DNA from: Podarcis cretensis
Lineage: Eukaryota
Assembly (NCBI GenBank): GCA_951804945.1
Contig: OX638152.1
Coordinates: forward strand, 73,594,001 to 73,658,000
Direction of reading: 5' to 3'
Length of the DNA: 64,000 nt
Position 1 is the stretch's first letter; each line of letters starts with the position of its first letter. A program made the position numbers and the translations under genes. Below the pieces are notes generated by a model. The model was not told the origin of the DNA and did no database searches. It saw only the letters and a program-made list of their open reading frames with translations. Below are positions 1-11,890 of this stretch, piece after piece.

Positions 1-462
1 GTGTTGGAGGCACCAGTCACAAAAGACTCTCATGGGAAACATGGAATGACACAACATGGTTGTCATGGAGGGGTGACTTAAAACAAAATGAGAGAGAGAG
101 TACATTCATGGTGACATTTTCCCCTTAATTGTATTTCCATACTATAAAAGGCTTATCCTGTAGCATAGGTGCCAATCATAGGTGGCCCCGGGGGCTCGGC
201 ACCCACAGTGCAGGCTCCGATGCAACTTCCAGTTTCAGGGGCCTAACACAACCTCCAAGGCGATGTCAAAGGCCCTGAGACTTCTGGTACAAATTTCACC
301 CTCTCATACATTTGTTGGGTGTAAGAACTCTGTTCTTCCCCACTGCCAATCCTATTCCAAAGCCTAGGCTGGCCATGTTTTAAAAAAATAAGCCAGACTG
401 GCTTCCTGATGAAGTAATCACTTGGAGAGATGGACCATTAGAAAGAGCACAAAGGAATGGGC

Positions 463-598
463 CAGGCAGCCCCAAACTCGGCCCTCCAGATGTTTTGGGA
501 CTACTACTCCCATCATCCCTAGCTAACAGGACCAGTGGTCAGCGATGATGGGAATTGTAGTCCAAAAACATCTGGAGGGCCGAGTTTGGGGGTGCCTG
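463..598. mobile_element. Palindromic hAT-type MITE
   Basis: Near-perfect long inverted arms CAGGCAGCCCCAAACTCGGCCCTCCAGATGTTTTGGGACTAC...GTAGTCCAAAAACATCTGGAGGGCCGAGTTTGGGGGTGCCTG; relatives near 27.8 kb, 28.5 kb and 57.8 kb. Confidence 0.85.
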
Positions 599-940
599 CT
601 CTAGGCCCAAAGGAAAATGTGGAAAGCCCCTCCCTCAGGTGAGAGCTAGGACTCAGCTATAGAGCTGCAAATAAAATGTTTTAAGTGCAATATACAATGT
701 GACACTAGATGGAAATGGTGAGCCTTATGGAAAATTCAATGTATTTAAAAAAACACTTTAAAAAAGAAGCATTTTCAGAATGGTTTTTGTATGTGTATAA
801 ATTCAACCATAGTTAGCAGAGACCAAAGGCCAGAGTTTCAGGAGGGAGGGGCAGAAATGCAGTGTGCAATGAGGTAGGCCAAAGATAAAATATCTGTGTT
901 TTTCTGCAAGCAGTTTGGCAAGAAGGAAATGGGATGCAAA

Positions 941-1408
941 CTGTGCTGGATTTATGTATAGGTTAAGAAGGCTGAAGCCTAGGGTCTCTAAATCTAGGGG
1001 GCCTTGCCAGCCTGCCCACTCCCCAGCAGGCAACCTCCCCTCTCCCAAAATGGCAAACCCAAGACTTCATGTGAGGACAGGGCAACTTGGTCCTCTAAAT
1101 CTAGGGGGCCTTGCCAGCTTGCCATCTCCCCAGTGCTGCAGTCTCCCCTCTCCCAAAATTGGAAACCCAAGACTTCATGCAAGGGCAGGGCAACTCAGGC
1201 CCAGCAACTATGAGACTCGGGACTAACCAGTGAGGCCCAATTTGAAGAAGTGGGGTCCAACTTTAGGGTTTTTTTGTAGGGCCCCTACAAAGTCTGCAAA
1301 ATCTTATTGATATAAATAAAATCCATCTAGATTGTCCTGGTGCAGGATCCTCCTTAGGAGCGGCCCGCGGGGCCCAATTTGGCCCAATTGCCTTAAGGTC
1401 AGCCCTGA
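941..1408. mobile_element. Degenerate hAT-like MITE with internal ~107-bp tandem duplication
   Basis: Right end TTAAGGTCAGCCCTG resembles a CAGGGC-type TIR; two copies of CTCTAAATCTAGGGGGCCTTGCCAGC...CCCAAGACTTCATG start at 986 and 1093; left boundary uncertain. Confidence 0.55.
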
Positions 1409-1714
1409 TGAGACTGTGCAGGGGTTGGACTGCCAAGTCCTGCACCTTCTAGGTCCCTGGTGTCACTATTCAGAGTACAGACTCAAGGACTTGTTATGGA
1501 AATAAAGGAGGGGCACTTATTGGAAATCAGGTTTGTCACCTCTCCCCCCTCCCCAACCCCAGGATGATGAGCCCAGCCACCTTTTATTCACAGTCACATA
1601 AGCACTACACTACAGCATGGCCATAAACCTGTACGTTCAACCGCTGAAATACACACCCAATATGTGCAATGGAAATTTATGTCACTGCTTTATGAATGAA
1701 CACTGTGTTTTATT

Positions 1715-2040
1715 AATGGACTCTGTATTTTTTGGAATTACCTAAGAGCCACCAATAGGGAGCTCTAAAATCTGACAGCTAACCAATCGGGTACTACCAA
1801 ACAGCGACCCCTATTGCTGAAAGCAGGTAACCAGCAGGAAACACTTCAGCTCAGCCTTTGCACTGTTGACTGAATACCCCCTGCTGTGCAGCTAATGGAG
1901 AAAGCTCATAAACTGTATCCCTTCTGGCGTCCTGGCCAACTCTATTACGCTGGTGTAAAACCTGGTGCACCAGGAACCCAGAATAGCAGCAAATAAAATC
2001 CGCTCATACATCAGCGACTGATAAGACTTGTCAACCAGTT
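1715..2040 (+). repeat. Unclassified ~326-bp interspersed element, copy 1
   Basis: Reverse complement aligns end to end with 48905-49231; strand arbitrary. Confidence 0.9.
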
Positions 2041-3029
2041 CTTCCAAAGTCTTCCTAAATTATAAAGCTCCAAAATACAGGCCAAAAGAGAGCAGGTTTT
2101 ATTTTACTTACTCCTTTGGGAATATTTGGAAGAAAATTAATCTCTCTCCCTCTGCCTACTTTCAAATGTCTTCTACCTAGTATAGGCATGTTAAAAATAA
2201 AGTGCACATTTTGCCAGCGGTTCTTTTACCCACTTCCAACTCTTTTAAAACTTTTATTTGTTATTTTAACAAGCAACAGGGTATCTTCTCCTTCAGTGCA
2301 TAGGGCTTTACATGCAAAACTCCCTGTGCATTGAGGTGATAATATCCTCCTTAATTAGAAGCTGTTTAATGCTCTTGATTTAGCTTTTTTAATAGAAGAG
2401 TTACAAGCAGTCTGGCTGTGAGCAAAGCAGTATTAAAATCCCAGGCCAGGATAATGGTAAGTAGCTTTTTATTTGCTAAACTGACTACAGTGTTCCTTTT
2501 TTAGAATGAGTTTGCTTTATGCTCCAACAATCAGCCTATCAGTAAGGCCTGAGCCTAGGGTGAGTAGGGAGGGAGGCAGTTGTTGAGAACTGCTTGGTGA
2601 TTTTGCAAGCTTTTGACAGATAGGAGGAAAAAATTAAAATATGTAAGGGTCGTCAATTCCATTCTTGTAATAAAGTTCAGCAACTATTCTATGGACTAGC
2701 ATAACTTCAATGAGCCTCAGAAGGCCATCTGCCAAAGACATTAAATGCACATCTGAGTTGTTCACAAAGCAAAAACTACCTGGCTTTCCACCATTAGGTG
2801 AATTTTTAAAAAATAAAGATTGGAAATCTAACACACACACCCCTTCTTTCTTTTTTTATAGATTCACCCACAGGCATTTCAAGCAAAGCAAATAAATCAG
2901 CTGGCTAGTTTATATGTAAGAGAAACTGAAGGAAATTCTCTCCCTGTTTCCATGGTTATCATGAAGTATCAGCCTCGTGAATTACCCAAGTCAGTGAACT
3001 ATAGATTAAACGGCGCTTAACCACTCTCT

Positions 3030-3393
3030 AGGACGCAGGTGGCGCTGTGGGTTAAAGCCTCAGCGCCTAGGACTTGCCGATCGAAAGGTCGGCGGTTCAA
3101 ATCCCTGCGGCGGGGTACGCTCCCGCTGCTCAGTCCCAGCGCCTGCCAACCTAGCAGTTCGAAAGCACCTCCGGGTGCAAGTAGATAAATAGGGACCGCT
3201 TACCAGCGGGAAGGTAAACGGCGTTTCCATGTGCGGCTCTGGCTCTGGCCAGAGCAGCGATGTCACGCTGGCCACGTGACCCGGAAGTGTCTCCGGACAG
3301 CGCTGGCCCCTGGCCTCTTAAGTGAGATGGGCGCACAACCCCAGAGTCTGTCAAGACTGGCCCGTACGGGCAGGGGTACCTTTACCTTTACCT
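3030..3393 (+). mobile_element. Full-length young Sauria SINE
   Basis: tRNA-like head (GGTGGCGCTGTGG A box, GGTTCAAATCC B box), (ACCTTT)n tail, 13-bp TSD TTAACCACTCTCT at 3017-3029 and 3394-3406. Confidence 0.95.
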
Positions 3394-4231
3394 TTAACCA
3401 CTCTCTGCCTTGCTTTCTCTGCTTAAAATATTGTTTCATGCTCTCGTTTCCCCTAAGCAGTAGGAAGTTTCAGGGCAGCATTCAGAAACAGTTCCCTTTG
3501 GAGGAATGGGAGTGCTAGGGAGTTGCATGGTGTTCTGTATAATGTTTGTTGATTTTCAGAGACGGGGGCTGAGCAGACAGGGAGCAAGCAGGCACTGGCA
3601 GGCAAGGCATCCCCAACACATTTGAAGCTTCAAGGTTTCTTTTGCCAGGCAGTTGCGAAAACCTAGAAGTGGGTGGTTTTTTTAAAGAAAGAAAAAGAAA
3701 AACCTAGGACAAAGTCCATACTGATCTTTTCCAGTGGTGGTGTAGTGAAGCAGGAACTGGGAGGGGGGGAGTGCAATGCTGGAACTTTTTAAAGCAGAGA
3801 TAAAGTCATCTTCTAGAGTGCAAGTCAAGTTGCTTTGGCAGGTGAATGAGCGATAAGGAGCCTTTCGTGCTTTGCTGCTGCTTTGTGACAAATTTGGTGA
3901 GAATGAGGAAATTGTTTAAGGAGAGGCTAGCTACCGCTCCCCTTTTCTTTGATGGGGTTTCTGCTTCGGGCCTGTAATTTGAATGGCAATATTTCCTTGC
4001 AAGTTTGTTCTCCTTTCCAATTAAAAATTAAAGGTTGCATTTCAGCTGGCTGAAGAACTTTTGTGAAAGCTCAGTGTGTGTTTACAAGCTGAACTTACAT
4101 TGTCAGAAATAAGCACCAGTGAATTACATGGAATTTAGTCCTAGGAAATGATGCATAAAATTAGGGTTGACATATTTCAAGAAGTGAAAATATGGACACC
4201 AAAATTTGGCCAAAAATTCAACACTTCTGTT

Positions 4232-4358
4232 ATGGGCTGCCATACGCACCAGGTTTTCCCAGACATTTGAACCGGTTGCTGAGAATTTCGCCTGGACGCA
4301 GTTTTCAATGGATGAATCCCACCTATGTTCTGGAAATTCTAGATGTATGGCAGCCCTA
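4232..4358. mobile_element. hAT-type MITE (TAGGGCTGCCATAC TIR)
   Basis: GGGCTGCCATAC...GTATGGCAGCCCTA inverted ends; relative at 21334-21505. Confidence 0.75.
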
Positions 4359-4549
4359 ATAGAATTGCAATCAGTGCATAAAATCGTAGTCATTACATAT
4401 AAGTCATCAGGGTTAATTCCAACATGACAACTACCATAACACCCTTTGCCAGCTCACAACTCTATAAAAGTTAACTACCGTAATTGAGAATTATGCTATT
4501 TACTGTTGCACCTTGGAAGGATATCTATATAGGTATATCTTTATAGATA

Positions 4550-4800
4550 TATTATGCACATTTTGCAAAAGCATTTCCCCCAACAGAATTCATTTTTGTC
4601 TGTTCATTTCACTAGTATACTCCTTTTTATGCACATTTTACCCTAGTATCTGCATTTTTGCGCACATTACTTAACTGGAGAACTGCCTTGCAAAATTCTG
4701 AGAATTATGCGCTTTGAAGGATGGCTGTGTTTCAGTTTATGTATTGTTTGTGAAAATGAAAATTTGGTAGGTTTGAACTGAATCAAATTTGCCACCTACC
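4550..4800. mobile_element. Fragment of AT-rich MITE family also seen at 29.1, 61.3-61.9 and 63.5 kb
   Basis: Shared TGCATTTTTG(T/C)GCACATT...CTGGAGAACTGC...GCAAAATTC motifs. Confidence 0.6.
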
Positions 4801-5389
4801 CCCTATTTTTAATGTTTCTGCACCATATCTAGCATTCTCGCTCCTGTGGGAGCGGAGACATGCTGCTAATACGCTAACAGGTTTATGGGCAAAATTATTT
4901 TTTCAAGGGTTTCGCCTTGCTGGCACTCTCAGTGTTGGACTAAGCACCCTGTTCTCCTTCCAGTTCTTTCAGGGCTTGCTTCTTTAATAACCAAGCTCTC
5001 AGTCAACTTGCTATCCATCACAGCAACCCTTAGAATTTGGCAGTTACAAGATGGATGGTATTCCACTGTTGAAAGGGAGCACTGGCAATCTTTGCCATGG
5101 GTATTAATAAAAATCAAGATATGAAACTGCAAGCACTCACGCGCACATGTGTACTTAAATGGGTTTGCATGCTGGCAAAGCCTTAGCTCTGACAATCTGG
5201 ATGTTGTACATTCATGAAATATATACGGCTCACCTGAGTACATAGGGCATCACAGATGTCAAGGGGAAGCAATGCCTTGAAAACAGTGTACTTTAGAAAA
5301 TGCAGCATTTCCCTGTCTTCTTGAAAGAAACTTTCCTCCTTCTTGCTGCCACCCCACCCTGTTATTCTTTCCCCCTCTTGCCAGTTAAA

Positions 5390-5600
5390 ATGAACTGTCA
5401 GAGCCTAGATAAAGATACAAACAGGATTGCATACTTTACCAAGGCTGGAGCGACTGGTAGACTTTGATCTAATTCTATTTGCTGCTTTTTGATGCATGGA
5501 GCTGTCAGATAAAGAGGTGTTCAAAAAAAAAAAAAAAATCTGCCTGAGCTGTCAGCCCTGACAAGCCCTGTGATGGATTACAGAGAAAACAAAAGGGTTA
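5390..5600. promoter_or_regulatory. Candidate MEIS/PBX-HOX enhancer
   Basis: CTGTCA at 5395, 5502, 5549; TGACA at 5559; TGATNNAT at 5490 and 5571; repeat-free; motif evidence only. Confidence 0.4.
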
Positions 5601-5958
5601 TCACCTTAACCACAAACATTTATATCTTTTTTTTTTCATAAGGGTGCCTCAATCAACTTGTAGTTATGAGGGCGCAGGTTGTTGTGAAGCCTGTAGGAAC
5701 ACAGATCCGGTGACACATGTTGAAACAGCATTTAAAAAGTACAACACGCCTACATTGGTGCTAATATGATGCTGACATGGTGCAGTCATGCTTACTCAGA
5801 TCAAAGAGGAGCACCCTATAGTTTTCCACAAGGAGGAGACTTTCTTGGGATAAAATGGTTCCGTTTTCAGCCTGTTCCTGTCTTGTCAAAGGTAAATAAG
5901 AGAAGGGCAGCATGTTAACTATGTTCGTAAGACGGCTGAATATGATAGAAAATTCACA

Positions 5959-6009
5959 GAAGAAGAAGAAGAAGAAGAAGAAGAAGAAGAAGAAGAAGAA
6001 GAAGAAGAG
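5959..6009. repeat. (GAA)n microsatellite
   Basis: About 16 perfect GAA units. Confidence 0.97.
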
Positions 6010-6547
6010 GAGTTTGTTTTGATGCTGCAAAAGCTGTTCAAGGCAAGAAGGGCATTTGTTGTTTCACACCTCTAAGAGAAAAGTAACTAAGCTACTATTC
6101 TCGTTTTCCCAAAGGTATCAGTCCTTGAGAAATGGTGGCTGCATCCGATAAATTTGACAAGACCAGGATGACTGCATTCTCAAAAACCGCTTATTCTTTT
6201 CTTATTTGACTTAACTGGGATTAAATTGCAATTTCAGGCATTCACGTTGCACTTACTAAAGACACTTCTGCGTGGCGATTTATTCTTCTTTTTTTGGAGA
6301 GACCAAGCCCAGCATGCAGCAGTTTCCATCCTTCCACTTGGAAGCACAGCAAATGTCAGGGGTACCTGTCTTAGCATGAGGGAAGTTGCCTTGCGCTGAA
6401 TTTCGCAACTCCCAAGCAAAGCTGAACTGTTCTCTGCCGGCTCTGCCTCCTCTACTTCCAGCTTAGCATTCAGGAGTCCATGAAGTCCCAGTGTAGAGAT
6501 GCTCAAGTGTACACAGGGTGTCCACCTCACAGTTTAGAACACCTCCA

Positions 6548-6778
6548 CCAGTGCGGTGGAATGGTTACAGTGTTGGGCTCGGATCCGGGAGACCAGAGCT
6601 CAAATCCCCACTCAGCCATGAAGCTCCCTGGGTGACCCTGGCCCTGTCACTCACTCTCAGCCTAACCTACCTCAAAGGGCTGTTGTAAGGATAAAATAGA
6701 ATGGAGGGGATGGAGGGGAGAACCATCTATGCCACTTGGAGCTCCTTGGAGAAAAGTTGGCATGTAAATATAATAAAT
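6548..6778 (+). mobile_element. MIR-like/Squam3-type tRNA-derived SINE (older copy)
   Basis: A box TGGAATGGTTA, B-box-like GCTCAAATCCC, CORE-like CTGGGTGACCCTGG...CTCTCAGCCTAACCTACCTC...GTTGTAAGGATAAAA, TAAA tail. Confidence 0.8.
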
Positions 6779-6943
6779 GTTTATGCAGTCATTTATGTGG
6801 AGTTAAACACAAGCATAAGCTTATACACCTTTTCCTTTAAATATGTGCATGATGGCCTTTAAGGTCTATTATGCCATCACCACTTCCATCTCTCCAGAGT
6901 AATGTCCCTTTTAAGCTGGAATAGATGAGACACTGGTAAAGGT

Positions 6944-7306
6944 GGATGCGGGTGGCGCTGTGGTCTAAACCACTGAGCTTCTAAGGCTTGCCGATCAGAA
7001 GGTCAATGGTTCGAATCTGCATGACAAGGTGAGCTCCCGTTGCTCTGTCCCAGCTTCTGCCAACCTAGCAGTTTGAAAGCATGCCAGTGCAAGTAGATAA
7101 ATAGGTACTGCTGCGACGGGAAGGTAAATGGCATTTCCATGCACTCTGGTTTCTGTCATGGTGTTCCATTGTGCCAGAAGTGGTTTCGTCATGCTGGCCA
7201 CATGACCCAGAAAGCTGCCTGTGGACAAACGGTGGCTCCCTCAGTCTGAAAGTGAAATGAACTGGACTTAACCATCCAGGGGTCATTTACCTTTACCTTT
7301 ACCTTT
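6944..7306 (+). mobile_element. Full-length Sauria SINE (older subfamily)
   Basis: Head GGATGCGGGTGGCGCTGTGG, (ACCTTT)n tail, 12-bp TSD TAGATGAGACAC at 6922-6933 and 7307-7318. Confidence 0.93.
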
Positions 7307-7519
7307 TAGATGAGACACCAAGGAAACCATCCATATCCATAATTTCATTACATAACAGTTTGAGAGCCCCTCTTACAGCTGGCTATATGTTAAGCATATC
7401 AAAATTTGATCTTGACCTTCTCCATATTTCATAATTAAAGTGACAAATGTGTCTCATTTAGAAATGTTGATAAAAGGGAGTGAGGAGCAGCTTCTTGCAA
7501 CCTGGTTAGCCCTTCCTCA

Positions 7520-7828
7520 TATGAAAGTATTTGACTCTGGAAATCCCTCCCCAGAGTAGTTAGACTGGCTCCCATCTTGCAGGGACTGGCTCCTTCTGCA
7601 GGCCCCATAGGCTTTGAGGGAATTGACTGCTCTTAATGAGAGGGCTGTGCCATGCTGTTTTTATTGCAGTTACCTATATGTTTTAAACATATTTTTAAAA
7701 ATATGTATATAGTTTTAATTATATTAAGGTTTAATTGTGTTTTAATGATTGCTTTTTCTATGTTTTTAGCAATTCTTGTTTTTATTTGTAAGCTACCTTG
7801 TGTTCCTTCAGGGGAACAGGTGGTTATA

Positions 7829-7868
<40 letters not shown>
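7520..7868 (+). mobile_element. Degenerate L2-type LINE 3' end with (GAT)n microsatellite tail
   Basis: CTCTGGAAATCCCTCCC...TGTAAGCTACCTTG...CAGGTGGTTATA followed by (GAT)n at 7829-7868. Confidence 0.6.
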
Positions 7869-7870
<2 letters not shown>

Positions 7871-8369
7871 TAGCATTATGTTTTCAACTATTGTATTATT
7901 ATGTAATTTCCAAACATTTTCCAAATATTTTTGGATTTGTTATTTCCTCAGGTTAAAAATGCAGGTGTTAACAGTGTGAGAATAGAGCTCACTTGTGATC
8001 TATAAAACCCCTTATTCTCATAATTGTGCAGTTGATTTGATTTCCAGATTTTTCAAGAAATTAACTCATTTACAAGGCTGCTTCCAAATGGACTTTAATA
8101 TTTGTGCATTCCATAACATTTTAGAGTACACAACCCAATTCCTTGCCGCTTATTGAATTACACCCTAATACACTATTCAACTTGGAAAACCCAAGTCTCT
8201 TTTTATTTTGTTCGAGATTATGGCTGTTTTCAGACATATAATTTATTACAATAACAAATCTTGGCTTATTGTGATGGAACAAGCCTAGTCAAGCCTCAGG
8301 TTTACACTGTCCTTTGATGCAGCCACAAGGGGGAGCTTGTAAGCTTTTGCCTTCGGTTTTATTATTGTT

Positions 8370-8680
8370 GTTTATTAGTTTATTCATTAGTTTTCTATTC
8401 TATCCTTCCTCCTGCAGGAGCACAGCCCACACCAGACACAAAATACAACAATAATAAAATAATAAGTACAAACTGTATCAAAACTCAAGGCCATGAAGCT
8501 GAACGCACATCAGATACAGTGAAACCTGAGCAGATGGATTCCTCACTCCAGCTATGTACCAAAGGCCTGGATAAAGAAATGCACATTCATTTGACTTTTA
8601 AAAGTTGTCGGTTGCAGGGACAACTAAACTTCCCTGGAAAGGGAAGTCAAATGGGGTGCCGCCACAGAGAATACCCATAG
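8370..8680 (-). mobile_element. Degenerate L2-type LINE 3' end
   Basis: AAAGGCCTGGATAAAG...GGGAAG...GGGGTGCCGCCACAGAGAA pattern shared with other minus-strand L2 relics in the window. Confidence 0.55.
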
Positions 8681-10442
8681 TGCAATGTGTCACTCTAACC
8701 CTAAACTCTGGTTTGTTGAAACAAACCAACTTCATGACATGACTTGAAGTTGATTTCTTTCAGATAAACCATAGTTAAGATGGAAGTGGCTTTCCTTTTT
8801 TCGTCCTACTGACTACAATGGGAGGGATTAACTATGGGAACCCCAGAGCCATTCCTGTGAGTGTGTCAGAGAAATGAAGGCGCTTTGGAGGAAACACCCA
8901 CCCCTGCCACATCCTTGTTCCCTCAGTCCACCAGCAGAATGTCACTGGTGGAAAATTTGTGATGTCGAGCGTGTGTGTAGATGTCATCCCAGTGTTATAC
9001 ACCTCTCTCTGCTGAAGGAGCAGCACTCAATGACTCTTCCTATGGCTCACTCAAGTAGCTTCATTATTTCATTTATTAAATGTATATACTGTCCATCCTA
9101 GGACCTCAGAGAGTGTCAAGGCTTCAGGGAATCCTATCCCTCCCCCAGTGGCAGCCAAAAAACAGATAACCAAAAAGAGTTCTTACCACGTAATTTATTC
9201 AGTATTCACAGAGAGAGAGAAAGGAACACTGTCTGTATTAAATAATGGCATTGCTCCAAGTAAAGCCCAACCCCCTCCATCTCCCTTATTCTACATCATC
9301 CCTGTGCCGGCTGATCTGAGCTTTCTGTTTCACCACTCTCAACGCCTGCCTGGTCCTGAGAGCGGGGGGCTCAGGAATGCTCTCCAAAGACACTGTCAGC
9401 TGTCTCTCCCCCAGTGCTTCTTCTTCCTGCTATTCTTCATCCAATATTTCCCAGTTTTTCCCCTCTGGAGCCTCTGAACTACGTCCTTATGCAAACCACT
9501 GTTCTAAATCTATACTGTCCTCTTGTTTGCGGCAAGGTCCAGGAAAGGGGGGGTGGTGGTCCCCACCATTCCTCCTCAGTCCAGTCCCTGACAGAGAGGT
9601 TTACAATATAAAAACACATACACACCAGTTTTCCAGTGAGGTTTGGATTGCACCCTCAAACTCTTGTCAGTTTCATAAGCAGTTTGCCACATGGCATGAG
9701 GGTTTGCTGTTGGGTGGGGGGGGGGCCGGAATACCATTCACCATCATCTTATAAGTATGCAGATCTGTGGATCCTGGCTGTGTGGAGAAGAGAATGTGAC
9801 AAGCACCAGTGTTCAGAGTAACAAGCCAGATGGGAAACTGCAAACATCAAAACAAGAAAAATCTCAGAGGATTGTGTTTGTTTTTCAGTGCACCTATGTA
9901 AATTCAGTGTAATGACTGCTACTGCTGGACAAAACTGACCTCTATAAATGTCTAACTGAAAAAAAAAACACAACAACAACACATCCTCAAGTGTGAGAAA
10001 TTGAGATATGATGAAGAGGAATATGGAAATTCAAATATTACAGTAGAGAAGCCCCCAGAGTTCCTAATGTTCTCAATAAATCACATCCCAATTGAGACAA
10101 AATCAATTGTCAAATAAACTCCACATTTCTTATTGAATAACGATTGATTAAAATGAAGGGAAAAAGTTGTTAAGCAAATTGCTCATAAATAAAGACCAAA
10201 TCCCTTTTAACCCACTTTTGTGGTCTGAGATCGAACTTGTCTCCGGCAAAAGATTGATGATGAGTTGTTGCAGCAGCGAGGTAAACATTGTTTTTGTACT
10301 TGGCTCTGCCAGTGTTACATTTCTGACATACCTTAGCAAACTCTCTCTGTGGGAATGTGCATGCACACACACACGCTCACAAACTGTATGATGTCCAATC
10401 CTGTGCTTCCAACCAAGGCAACCAATAAAACTCCTTTTCAAA

Positions 10443-10612
10443 TAATCATCATCATTTATTTATATGCCGCACATCTGACTGGGTTGCCCTAGCCACTCTG
10501 GGCAGCTTCCAACAAATTAAAACATCAAACATGGCAAAACATCAAATATTTAAAAACTTCCTTATATAGGGCTGCCTTCTGATGTCTTCTAAAAGTCAGG
10601 TAGTTGTTTATC
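10443..10612 (-). mobile_element. L2-type LINE 3' end
   Basis: Reverse complement of the 3' end at 21150-21310 (CCACTCTGGGCAGCTTCCAACA...GGGCTGCCTTCTGATGTCTTCTAAA). Confidence 0.85.
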
Positions 10613-11599
10613 TGTTCCAAAATATTGTTCGAAAAGTTGAAAGGCAAGTAGATTTGGGTGGACTATTATTAGCATGCATGGAGTCTTTACTTGAAGACTA
10701 ATACAAACATCACATTAACAAACAAGAAGTACTTACGCTGTGCTACATGCACCCAACACCTCATTTTAACCAGGTTGCTTCTCCTGCCTGTGAGCTATTA
10801 GCACACCAGGTAGCCTTTAGCCAGTGAGAAAGCATGCTAACATGGCATGCTCAGCAGTTGAAGGCTGAGTTTAAATGAAATGTTGCAATGTACGCATTAT
10901 CAGCTTAATAGCTGACACACAGTCCCAGGAGGCCAGGTCCTTGTGAGCAGACTGAGGGCTCATCCAGGCTTCTGGAAAACTGCTTGGACCTGCACATAGA
11001 ACTGCTCAGATTCCTGCTTTCTAGGAACAGGGCAAGCAGAAGTGTAGGCAAGTCTTCAAAGGTGTGGCCTGAGTTGAGGAAATAGTTTTTGCTCTGTGCA
11101 GGCTCCTGGGCCTTATTAATAATAAAGTTTGATTTGCCATTAACTCGCCTGGTAGTGAGTTCATACATAAAGAGTAGAAGGCAATATACATACAACAACC
11201 ACTTGGTTAAATTATTCTTTCCTCACCCGAGTCACATTTAAATTGGGCCTCCCAGGCCACAACACAGTGGGATTTCAGTTAGCTAGAGCATAGATGGATG
11301 TGAAGCATATGATATTACTTATAGATGCATGAAAGCAATCTTCCTCAATATCAGATGCTTTAGTGGAAAGAATGGCAGGGTTACAAGAGGTTAAAGACAG
11401 GCTGATGGTATGTTTTTTTTCTTTAACCACCCCCTTGTCTCCCTTGCTTCCAAAAGTAAAAGCGAAAACATGCAGAACAGCTCATTTTGTTTCCACTCGG
11501 CCACCCTCACTATACCATGAAATGATGAAAAAGGCTTTACTCTCTAATTGCAAACGGGGAGGGAAAAACTCTGGACCTTAATCATTCATCATAAATTAC

Positions 11600-11890
11600 A
11601 GATACTCAACCCAAAACCACAGTGCAGCATTAAACCATGGTTTGGTATTATGTGCACAAGCCTCACAGCTCATATATTCTTTCCTTCTCTGGCATGGCCC
11701 CTCTAATGTGGCTACAAGGAGGTGGTTGGAAGCTTTTGCTCCTGTTTTCCACTAGCTGCAGTTGTTTTTTTATGTCCAAACCCAGACAAACCGAGGTTGG
11801 TCTTATTAACTGTGGTTTATGGAAACAAGTCAAGTTCAAACCATGGTTTCCTGTCATATTTCTGTAAACCTTAGTTAACACCAAACATAG
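11600..11890. repeat. Degenerate palindromic MITE-like repeat (AAACCATGGTTT family)
   Basis: Repeated AAACCATGGTTT palindromes; related sequence at ~8270-8360, 8690-8800 and 52100-52330. Confidence 0.5.

Noticed and set aside
463-598. Long hairpins as miRNA precursors (also 40740-40810, 57850-57925)
   Set aside because: Explained by MITE palindromes with related copies in the window.
3060-3518. Paralogous-looking ORFs at 3.1 kb and 39.8 kb
   Set aside because: Both lie within near-identical Sauria SINEs.
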